64,000 nt of DNA from assembly GCA_965153285.1 (NCBI GenBank), contig OZ229111.1; one strand, given 5' to 3'. Source of the DNA: Podarcis tiliguerta (Eukaryota). The notes under the pieces are model-generated. The model was not told the origin of the DNA and ran no database searches. It saw nothing but the letters and a program-made list of their open reading frames with translations. Below, one piece after another: positions 38,544 to 49,098 of this stretch. Each line of letters opens with the position of its first letter. Within the stretch, counting starts at the first letter, position 1. Both the position numbers and the translations under genes were made by a program.

Positions 38544-38858
38544 TTTTTAAAAAAATAAAAATCATTGATTTTTCCATGTATACTTCTTTTCTAACAATAT
38601 ATCTTTAACAATTTTTCATATTTCAACCCTCCTCCCCCTGGACTTCCCTCATACTCACGTTTTGTTTTATCTCCATATTGTTCATCCTGTGTATTGTTTC
38701 CCCCAAATTTTCTCAATATATATAGTCTTATTTTTTGTTGTATACGGTTGTGATTGTTTACTCAAACCCTGCCAATGAGTCCATTTCTTTATGTTGCCTC
38801 TTCATATATGTTGTAAATGGTTCTTTTAAAGTCTTTGTTGTCCTTTTCATGTAATTTT
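38544..38858 (-). mobile_element. L1-like 3' fragment with a 15-bp TSD
   Basis: CCCTAGAACAGATTT (38529-38543) and CCCTAGAACTGATTT (38859-38873) flank a T-run-led insert that is A-rich on the minus strand. Confidence 0.7.
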
Positions 38859-39190
38859 CCCTAGAACTGATTTAAGGGGAGAAGGGAGAGGAAGGTTTAC
38901 TTATGGAACTATTTTGATGGACACCATCCTCAGTTCTGTTCCAAAAGATAGCTTAATCTTCAACCTCTTGCAGGCATTGATGTAGGTCCAGAATCCCTGA
39001 GCTGAATATGTGCAATTAGGGGCTGAATTCTACATGGGGCATGTTGAAGAGCTATGTTTTAAATTGCCATAGGTCTTTTTGTTTTAAGTCCTACTGCTTA
39101 GCAGAGTCTGGGTACAAGGCGTGAGGTGCCATGCTCACTCTGGTAGTGTCCAAAGAATCAAACTGAGTTTGTGGCATTCATTATCTAGGG

Positions 39191-39326
39191 CAGGCATCCC
39201 CAAACTCAGCCCTCTAGCTGTTTTGGGACTACAGTTCCCATCATCCCTGACCACTGGTCCTGTTAGCTAGGGATGATGGGAGTTGTAGTCCCAAAACAGC
39301 TAGAGGGCCGAGTTTGGGGGTGCCTG
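39191..39326 (+). mobile_element. Palindromic hAT MITE (young)
   Basis: CAGGCATCCCCAAACTC / GAGTTTGGGGGTGCCTG; TSD ATCTAGGG (39183-39190, 39327-39334). Confidence 0.93.
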
Positions 39327-41340
39327 ATCTAGGGGGTTCTACAAGCAGCTGGGCCCCCTGAAAATTATGCCTTGCCGTATTAGGTTGTCCAGACTGAACT
39401 CCAGGAAAAGAAATTGTTTCTTTATGACAATATAATACAACTATTAGCACTACTCATAGAGGATATAGTATTTGCCACACTCCCCTCTAATTATAGCTAA
39501 GCTCATTGGAGATTAGAGAAAGAATGCTGCCATATTATCAGATCTCATTCTTTTTAAAATACAGCTTTGGCTAGAACAGAGCTCCTCATAGAAATGAGAA
39601 GTTTTGATGAATCACATAATCATGGGCCATTATTTCAAAGGGAATTCTGGGAAATGGATATTGAAAGAGTAGTTAAAGGTTGACAGAAGCTGGGAGGCAG
39701 ACCTTTGCCACCCAAAGAATAATATAAGTGCAGCATCTAAAAGTGTGAATTCCTCAAGCACCGAGGGCGAATTCTTTCACCCCCAAAATATGCAGAAACT
39801 AAAGTGCTTCTTAGAGTTGGTGAATATATGATGTATTCTTATTTTCTGCCTCTTTGCAGTTTGAGTTGTGACTTCTTAAAGCGCCATTTTGCTTTCCTTT
39901 AAACACAAACCCCAAAGGGCAGGAGAATTAGTGACGCTACAGAACCTGACCATGTAAAAGGTTCCAGATGATGTACTGAATTGGTATCATAGAGCAGTGT
40001 GGTTTCCCCCCAACCCCAGAACTGGATTCCAGGGAATTTGGGGTCCCTTGTCAGAAGTTCAACTATGGAAATATCAGTACAGTTGGGCAGGCTCAACTGC
40101 TTGCTCACTACCACTGCCAACCTTCACCTGAAAATTAGGCCAATTCAGGGCAGTGCTGGGTGTGTGCTGGAGCTGGTTCTCAATTCATATAATGGTTAGG
40201 GCACATGATGCAGCCATCTTGTTGAGGCTTAGCCACCTTGCCCCCCCCCCCATGTAGAACCACCTTGTCCTCCAAGATGTGGGCGGGGGCAGGGAAGAAA
40301 TGTATATCCCACCTAATTCTCAGATGATGCTCAAGGCAGTAACAAATAAGAACACCAGGCATTATTGAAAACATGTATCGCAGACCTCAATCCTCGTCAG
40401 AATATTGAAACCAAAATGTCAACATAATAAACCTCCCATCATAATAATGTTTCTTAAAACAGCCATCAAACTAAAGCGACGTTAGACATAAACCAGCCCC
40501 CTGAAACAGTGAGGTGACAAATTCCCACTGTAACTCACTTTCCCAGGTTACTATGAGCCCAAATGTAATTTCATCACCTTTATGTTCCCTTTGCCTTTTC
40601 TCATTATTAGTATGAAGCAGCTAATTGTGACAGATGAGTTGCTGCTGTTCAGTCTATTCATTAGTTTTTCTATGTATATAATGTACAGTATATGAGTGAA
40701 TGTATCAATACCGAGTCAGGAGTTCCCTTTCTAATATGGGTCAATTCTGGCTGTTTCAGCAAATGTAAGGATCAGAGCAATAGGATGGAGACTGGTTTCC
40801 TTGGATTTTCACCGTGCACCCCCTTGTTTTTAGCACTGGAGATTTTGCTGCAGAATAGCAGCACATTTCCAGATCCATTTTGGCTAATATCCAGTCGAAG
40901 ATCTGGGACATGCCACAGGAGATGATGACGGAATTGTCCTTGTCTTCGGAATTAGGTTTAAAATGCCGTATCCAAAGCTTTTAATTTTTTTTAAAGTAAA
41001 TATTTGTGAAACATTTTCTCAATGTAGCAAATCATTCCAAATATATATATCCTCAGATGTACATATTTCCATGCATCTCAAGACAGCTTGCACTAGAACA
41101 GGGTGTGGAACCTTTGACCCAACAAATGTTGCTGGACTACAGCTTCCATCGCCCATAGCCATTGGCCATGCTGGCTGGGACTGATGGGACTTGGAGTCAA
41201 ACAACAGCTAGAGGGCCACAGCTGCAAAAAATCAACATGGGTATCTGGAATGCATGTTATTTCCAGGAGGGGCGCCATACCAATTTAAAGTTCAGTCTGT
41301 GTTTACTTGGAAGCAAACCCCGTTATGTTCAGAGGTGCTT

Positions 41341-41682
41341 AAAGGGACCCCTGACCATTAGGTCCAGTCACGGTTGACTCTGGGGTTGCGGTGCTCATCT
41401 TGCTTTACTGGCTGTGGGAACCGGTGTACAGCTTCTGAGTCATGTGGCCAGCATGACTAAGCTGCTTCTGGCGAACCAGAGCAGCGCACAGAAACGCCAT
41501 TTACCTTCCCGTCAGAGTGGTACCTATTTATCTACTTGTACTTCATGCTTTTGAACTGCTAGGTTGGCAGGAGCAGGGACTGAGCAACAGGAGCTCACCC
41601 CATCGTGGGGATTCGAACAGGTGACCTTCTGATCGGCAAGCCCTAGGCTCTGTGGTTTAACCCAGAGCGCCACCCGCGTCTC
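41341..41682 (-). mobile_element. Sauria SINE (Squam1), full length
   Basis: 5' end GAGACGCGGGTGGCGC on the minus strand, with the same diagnostic blocks as 19817-20167. Confidence 0.92.
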
Positions 41683-43380
41683 TCAGTGGCGCTTACTCTC
41701 GGGTAAATGCGCATAGGATTGTATCCTCGGAGGCACTGGTCCCCAACCCCATTTGTTGGTTGCAGGCCTTTCAATGCTTATGTCCAATCCATCAAATTCT
41801 GATAGCCGAGTGCTTTGCAAGATATATGAACTGTTACCATTAACTACTTGTGATAATGATTCAAATTGGCAGCATGCCTCAGTTTCTAGATTTTAATTAT
41901 TCCTGAGCGTTATTCAAGTGTTTTTGAACTGTGTTACATGACCTAAGTCAGCGAGGCTAATGCAACCAGGAGAAGCTGGATACTTAGATTGGGAGTTGGA
42001 CCTTGAAACACCCTTTGTTACCATTAGACTTTTCTGAAATCACAAAGTATTTGGGCAGGAGAAGAAATCTGCAAAATCTATAAGCAAGCAGTTTGAAGCC
42101 CCATCAGGTTACCTATATATAGTTTGTACCAGAATGTTGCCATGTTAGGAGCTGGAGTTAGAAGATTAACGCTGATAGATAATCTTAGTAGTAAGCATGG
42201 CAGTCCTTCTGTGTTAGAGCATATACCCCAACCCAAGTCTAGAGCAGCAATGGATGTCAGTATTTTCAAAGCCACATTTGCCAAGATCCCTGGCTTTGCA
42301 CGTACTTGTGTTCCCTGTTTTGAGCTGGGAGTGTCAGATTCATTGCCCTCCCGATTAAGATAGTGAGCAGCATATAATGGACATTGGCTGAGTGATAGTT
42401 GCAGGTGACAAAGCCTTCAAATTTCTCTCCGCTTTTCCAGAGATACAATGTAAGCTACCTAGACGTCATTTTCTTTCTGTCCTCTGATTGCTTAATGCTC
42501 TGTCTCGATTCTGATTGCTCCACTTTGTAGATAATAAGGAACCATGACATCCAACCTGGAAGATCTTATGGTGTACTTTAAAGAATATATGGCAGAGCTT
42601 TCTCTTAAGAAGAATAAAATGCAGCCCAGTCATTTCTTGTATATAATTTCACATCCTCGGGAAATGAAGTGGGTTGGATGTGCTGACATTGGGTGTGCGT
42701 TGCTCTAGAGAAGGTCCTCAAGGTTTCTTGTGTGATATTTCTAATTTGCATGTTGGAAATTCCCATGGAGAACCATGGCCGTGATTGGCTATGAAGACTG
42801 CTGCTTCTTTCCCAATCAGAATCTAACTGGATCCAGCAACCACCTGTCTTCTTTGTAGAATAATGGAGGGCCCATTATAGGTTCATTGAAATGTCCTACA
42901 AAGAAACAAACAAGTCTGTACCAAGTTCAGATTCTAGCTCAGTCCCCCCCCCCCCCCTCATGTTATCGTCTGTAACCAGCCTGGAACTGTCTTCAGCTCA
43001 GGGAGCCATCTTGTGGCTGATTCACATGGAGCAAGTAAACATATCATTTCATGAATCCTCTGCCACTTCCAAATCAGTCAATGTTGTGCTTGTGTGGTTC
43101 CTAAAAATTAGTATAGTACTGATGCAGTTGAACTTTCATAACTTTCAAAAGCACAATCCTGGCAATTGTAATTTGGTGAAGGTACTAATTTTCCCTTAGG
43201 GTTTGCCCAAAATTCCCCAGAAGACATGTTTTTAATGAGAACATTTCAGATATTTCTCTTTATCTCACCCTTACCCTATAGAAAAAGAAAGCAACCTTGC
43301 AGAATTTTCTGAAAATGTTCCAAACCATTCTTTTGTGGCAGCTGCCATTCCTCACCTGCTCAGTTCCCCATGCTCTGGAG

Positions 43381-43516
43381 CAGGCGTAGGCAAACTCCGG
43401 CCCTCCAGATGTTTGGGACTACAATTCCCATCATCCCTGACCACTGGTCCTGTTAGCTAGGGATGATGGGAATTGTAGTCCCAAACATCTGGAGGGCCGG
43501 AGTTTGCCTATGCCTG
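43381..43516 (+). mobile_element. Palindromic hAT MITE (youngest copy)
   Basis: 57-bp arms with one mismatch and a 22-nt loop; TSD CTCTGGAG (43373-43380, 43517-43524). Confidence 0.95.
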
Positions 43517-43693
43517 CTCTGGAGCAATGCTGGGACTATGGCATTGTGGAGGATGCAAAACAGTTACTAGGTTGCCAACACAGATGCTGCTCTTGCTACT
43601 TGAAGCAGCAGAAAGAAATGAAGCCTTCAGGGGAAAGTGGGGGAGGGGACCCTGTCCAGGTGCCCCTGCAAATGGTGAACTCCATCCCCCAGG

Positions 43694-44240
43694 TGTCGTA
43701 CTCGCACTCAGCCAAGGAGGACAAACAGCCGGTAGTTTAATTCTTCATTAACAAAAGCATGTTTCACAGCAGCTTCTAAGATGCACCAAATACACATTCA
43801 CACACGCTTTTAGCAACTACATAGCTGGCATTAACTTGCCCAGGCTTGTGCCCTGGCTGAACAGCTGAAACAACAGTGGGACCATGCCCCCCTCCCAGCT
43901 TAAATATTCTTTTCAGATGGAGTGTGCAAAAGTGACCGGTGACTTCTCCAATACGGAAGTCGCCTCTGCGCTTGCCTATTCAAGCCCCTCCTGGTTCCAG
44001 GGGACAGTGAGGATTCAACTGCCCTGCACCTCACCTGAACAGCCTCTTCCTCCGCATCCTGCACCTCCTCTCCTGCTGTTGACTGCTCAGGCTCTTCCCC
44101 TTCCTCCAGCCTTGGCTCTAGCCTCATGAGTGGCACAAAACCCCATAATTAGCTGGTTCTCTCTCTTGAGTTGGCCTCTGCCCCTTGCCCCCTGCCCAGC
44201 CTTTGCCACACACTCTTCAGAACCCTGCCAGTCCCTGACA
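43694..44240 (-). mobile_element. Probable solo LTR
   Basis: TGTCG...CCCTGACA termini. The minus strand begins TGTCAGGGA, like the 25917 element. The TSD is poor (CCAGG/CCAAA). Confidence 0.45.
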
Positions 44241-45004
44241 CCAAAAAACTGCTGGAAAAATTCCTTGCCCCTGAAGAAATTTGGTGAAATGGACAGACAG
44301 AATTCCCCTGTCTGCAAATGGAATATTTTGAGAGGGGATGTGCACACAGCTCTTGACTCCCTTGCTCAGGTACCCGTGCTGTAGATATGCCTTCTTGATG
44401 TGCAAAATGCAATTCAAGACTGTTAAACCACACTTCTCAGATGCTGTGATAAATTAGAATTGGTTAGGCGGGGGTAGAGAGATTTCAATCCCATTCTAAC
44501 CTCCAGTAAAATAACTGCATCTTGCCCACCCCTGCTTCAGCTGGGTGACTTTCAATCCACCATACGCATATGTGGGCACTTCTCCTCCTGACAGGGACAT
44601 CTGCAGGATCATTCTCTTATAGGGGTTCCCACATCGTGAACATCTGATGCTCCTCCAAGCTCTCACCTTCTTTTCACATTTTCCCCTTGCAGCACTTATG
44701 CATATTCACAACTTGCTCATAAACTTCCCGTCAGCACAAAATGAACTGCTCTGATTTGTCTTTGTATGCAGTTTAAATGTTTTCAGATCTCTTGGTTTTA
44801 GTAGACTGGTATTCTCTTTATTCCCAAGTCCGTCCGCCCCCTCTGTCTTTTGAGTCTTTTCTTTTTCTTTTTGCTTGCACTACAGGAGGGATTGTAGAGT
44901 TTAAGGGTGCTTCTCTGCAGCATGGGGAATCACTGCGCAACTGGTTTGGTACTCCAGTGCTACATTAGAAGCATAGGAAACAACACCTCGAAAAGGGTTA
45001 TGTG

Positions 45005-45150
45005 CATAGAACTGTAGAGTTGCAAGGGATCCTGGGGATCATCTGGTCCAAGCCCCTGCAATGCAGGAATATGCAGTCATCCCATACAGGGATTGAACCT
45101 GCAACCTTGGCGTTATTAGCACCATGCTCTAACCAACTGAGCTATCCAGC
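45005..45150 (-). mobile_element. tRNA-Ile(AAT)-derived SINE with a CR1 tail (POM/Squam2-like)
   Basis: Minus strand reads GCTGGATAGCTCAGTTGGTTAGAGCATGGTGCTAATAACGCCAAGGTTGCAGGTTCAATCCC, then TGGACCAGATGATCCCCAGGATCCCTTGCAACTCTACAGTTCTATG (CR1 3' end). Confidence 0.88.
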
Positions 45151-45790
45151 CTGACTGGGTTGTGATGGAATCCCACCCACCCCCTTCTGTTCCCTGCAGC
45201 TTCCTTGGAGCAGATTGACGGGCAGGGAGAGGAGATGAAGGGGAAGTCCCATTGTGAGAACAGATCTGCATTCTGACGCCATTGGATACAACCCTTTGTG
45301 TGTTGATCTGATGTCTATTTGCACTGGAGTTTTTCTCTGCCATGCAGAGACAGCATTTATTTCTCATTATAATAAATCAGACATCACTCAATCTAGTAAA
45401 TATGGTTCTGGCTGCAAAGGAACTTTCAGAAGATGCTTGTAAAATTGCTATTATGGAAGCAGCTACCTTTAAGTAGAAGGAATATAGTAAGCCATTAAGT
45501 TACTCAGGTACATTCCACTAGGTAAAATGAAGGTTATGCTGTACATCTATAGCTGTGATTTGTGGTGTGTCATGGATGACCACTGATAAACTTAGTTGTT
45601 GCATCTGTGGAATGGGATCTGTCCACTCAACAGGACTTCCTCTCCCATGCACCCCACACCCCCTAAATCTGCTCTGGATGGCTGAGGTGGGGCAGAACAG
45701 CTTTAGGGGGTGTGCAAGGGGACAAGGGGAAAGTCCTATTCTGTAAGCAGACCCCATTTCCCACATGCTTGCCCTGCTACACTGAATTCT

Positions 45791-45830
45791 GTTCTGCACA
45801 GGTGAATGGTTCTGCACAGGTGAATGGTTC
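45791..45830. repeat. 18-bp tandem duplication
   Basis: GTTCTGCACAGGTGAATG twice, followed by GTTC. Confidence 0.9.
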
Positions 45831-46370
45831 AGAGTTGGCTCATAAATGACATTTTCTGTACCTCTATGTAAGAAAAGTGAATCCAGAATTTGCAGCAAGT
45901 GTTTCCTTATTTTGCTACAAGTTCCCAGACAGGCTCACCTGAGAAATGAACTTGTGTATCAAAACTGCTTTCCTTATCAGAATCTCTAGCAAAACTGCCA
46001 TCCAGAAGAAAAACAAGCCAGCATTAGTTTCCTCAGCTGAATCTTACTTCACATTATAGTCTTGGAATGCTTGTTGCTAGGGGAAGATAAGAAAAACTAA
46101 ACTAAACAGAAAGATGCTGAGCTGAATGGATAGGATATTAGGGGAAAGCGCATCCAAGGGGCTGCTTTATTTCTGTTTGCAAGCCAGTGTGCCACTTCTC
46201 TGTGCCGGAAAGGACTGCGAGACATTCTTAGAGTTTTATGCATTCTTTCTCCACAGTTCTCCTGCCTTTCCATGGCTGGGAAGAGGATGCCTGGAGAAGC
46301 ATGTTGATGGTTATAAGGCTGCAAGAAGGCTCAGACTTCTCTCACAGGCCCCAAGATTTGCCTTTTGGTG

Positions 46371-46413
<43 letters not shown>

Positions 46414-46771
46414 TCTGCACTTTGAAAAAATCCAGTCTCTTTCTGTGTTGCTCAGTGCGCTCTCTGCTTTGATCTGTACTTGAGCTCTTGAGCAACTCTG
46501 TTTTGTTTCCCCCCATTTTCACTATAGTACGGAACATTAAGCGGCAAAACCTCTTCCAGCCAGTAGATGAAATGTCGTGGCACAGGAGTCCCTCTGGAGT
46601 GGATTAAACCTGACAGTTTGCAGACCAATAAGTTCCATGGGCTTTTTGTAGGGGGCGTAAAAAGGGATTGACTTTCCTTCATGGTCTGTTTGTGGGGCGG
46701 GGGGGGGAGGGGGGGGTTGTTGCTTTCTTATCTTAAAATGATGACTAGGTAGCTGAGTGCACATTCCATTA

Positions 46772-47003
46772 CAGTGGTACTTTGGTTTAAGGACCGCTTA
46801 GTTTACAACTTGGATTAAAAACACTGCAAACCCAGAAGTGGGTGTTTTGGTTTGTGAACTTTGCCTTGGAAGCAGAAAATGTTCCGCCTCCTGTTGAGTG
46901 TGTTCCATTTGTAAATTGAGTCCCCCGCTGCTAGGGGAAAGCATGCCTTGATTTAAGAACAGACTTTTGGAACGGATTAAGTTAATAAACCAAGGTGCCA
47001 TTG
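46772..47003. mobile_element. Tigger/pogo MITE
   Basis: TA|CAGTGGTACTTTGGTTTA ... TAAACCAAGGTGCCATTG|TA. Confidence 0.85.
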
Positions 47004-47459
47004 TATTTCTTTACAGATTCACACAAACTTTTCTTTCTGGTGGTTGCCTGTGTCCTCCAGGAGGCTTTACAAGCCTCACAACAAACTTACAATGTGAGTC
47101 TGTCTCGAATGCAACTTGTCGAGTTCTGAAGAATCTCTGGCTTTGCTTGTTTCTTGTTAAAGCAGTTTTTGGAACAAATTAAATAAAGCTTTTAACTTCT
47201 TTTTTTAATTTTAAAAAACCTCACATTCTGTGTTTTACCAAAAAACAATCCAGAGCTCTTCAGTGTTCCACAGGCAACATTTTTTTGACAGCTTTACTTA
47301 TTGCAAAGCCCACAGGCCTAAAGAAATATTGATATTACGTAGGAAAACATAGAGCTGTATCAGGACAGAAAAGGCCAGAGCAACATTAGGCTTTGTGTGT
47401 GGGCAAATCTTACTTGGCAGGGGGATATGGACATGGCACTTTTACTTGGGGAGTGGGCA

Positions 47460-47760
47460 TGGAAACCTCCAAAGCGCCCCAAGTTGCCTACTGAGATCAA
47501 GCAGGCGCCTTCACTGTAGTATTAGACGCTCGCTAAAAACATTTTTATTTAGACAAGCCTTACCTTTACCTTTACCAAGATGCTCAGAAAGTCAAAATAA
47601 TTTTAATCCGCTTTAGTATTTTATTTTTTGTATATTTTAAAGTACTGTTGTAACTTTTTCCTGATTTTATTGCTTAATCCTTATTGTAAACCACTTGGAG
47701 GTGTTTTTTGTTTTTGTGTTTTTACAAGAGTGGCATATACATTTTATAAAATAATAAAGA
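47460..47760 (+). mobile_element. L2 3' fragment
   Basis: RRSLKTFLFRQA-like ORF end, AT-rich 3'UTR and TTGTAAACCACTTGGAG...AAATAATAAA tail. Confidence 0.6.
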
Positions 47761-47815
47761 AAAAAAAGAAAGAATTCTTGCCATGCTGGTTTGGTCCCCA
47801 TTGAGAGCTGGTATA

Positions 47816-47853
47816 AAAAGGTAAAGGACCCCTGACAGTTAAGTCCAGTCACG
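47816..47853 (-). mobile_element. Sauria SINE 3' remnant
   Basis: AAAGGTAAAGGACCCCTGACAGTTAAGTCCAGTC matches 19817-19857. Confidence 0.8.
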
Positions 47854-49000
47854 AACATCAGTGGTGGTGTACAGAGTTTTATAGCCAAAATTAAGAGGCC
47901 CTGGTCCCCAAGGAAGTCGCAATCTGAGACACAGAGAGGGAGAGAGACAAAGATATGAGAGAAGTTTAAAGCTTTGTTACATTTGGGAATTAAGACGGAA
48001 GGGGTGTGCCATGGCCACATGGAATGGATGGGTTTTGCGAAGAGGTTTGAAGGGAGAGAGTTTGCACATATTCAGGAAGTGAGTTCCATCCATGGAATAC
48101 AGCAGGGAAGAATGGGGTGGGGTGGGGGTGTTCAAGTGAGCCTGAGATTTTCAGATTTAGGTATTTCGACTGAGATTTTCAGTTGGCCTGTTAATGTTGG
48201 AGGAGACAAAATCACAGAGGCATATGAGAATCAAGAGCTAAAAGAGGCCGGCGGTTTGAGGGAGGGGGTAGAAGGCTGAGGATAGTTTTATAGAGAAGTT
48301 TGTGCTAGATACAGAAGGGGATGGGAAGCCAGTAAAAAGACCTGAGGAGATATGATGTATGATCTGAGCCATGAGACGTTTTGGCAGAGGACTTTCAGAG
48401 GTGAGAGAACTGAGGTGCAAATTGACTGGTGAAAAAATGCTTCCACATACTGACATCAACATGAGGCCTCACTTGGAGCGATTCCCACGAGTCTTTTATT
48501 GTGTGAAAATGATTCTGTCAGATAATTCATATAGGTACATATAGCTTGCTCCAAGACGATCCCATAAACGGAGACGTTGCTCCTGCTCAAATGGCCTTTG
48601 ACCGGGTCACATGTCTTGAAACCACAAAACAAATCAAAAGCGTATTATTTTTATGCTAACTGGGAAAGTTCCTCCCCGGATGCTCTCATTCCTCGATGGT
48701 AAAAGAATCTTTGGGAAACTTTCGGCCCTCAGAAACTTTTTTTTTGTAAAAGAGCATTAAAAATGCAGACGATAAGAGGGACGGGAGACTTTATAGAACA
48801 GTTTTTGCTCATGAACTTTATTCTGATATGATAATTAAACCCATAATTAATTCCTCCAGGACCCTTCAGTCATGGACAGAAGTCCTGCTAGGGAGTTTTT
48901 CTCCTGACACCATGTGTTGATTGTTTGATTTGGGATGCGTCTAACTTTTTTCCTGCAGAACTCTGATGCGTTCCCTTTATTTCTTGCTTTTTTTTTCCAG

Positions 49001-49098
49001 CATGCTGGAATACTCTCTGGACTTGCAGAATGTCAGTTTCTCAGCTGTTCGGACCGTCAGGGTACTCCGGCCGTTGAGAGCCATTAACAGAGTTCCTA
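49001..49098 (+). CDS. CACNA1G: CACNA1G exon 4, repeat I S3-S4 voltage sensor
   Basis: Encodes [32 protein letters not shown](S) with the S4 Arg repeat. LDLQNVSFS is Cav3.1-type; Cav3.2 has DGH here. T-rich CAG acceptor and A|GTAAGT donor; 98 nt. Missed by the ORF track. Confidence 0.96.

Noticed and set aside
45081-45150. tRNA-Ile(AAT) gene on the minus strand
   Set aside because: The acceptor stem is broken and the sequence runs straight into a CR1-type tail, so it is a SINE head.
46695-46716. G-quadruplex-like G runs (also the C run at 8783-8800)
   Set aside because: Homopolymer tracts are common throughout the window, with no evidence of function.
49001-49098. Assignment to CACNA1H or CACNA1I
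   Set aside because: [29 protein letters not shown] and the I-II linker match Cav3.1, and the Cav3.2 His in the S3-S4 loop is absent.
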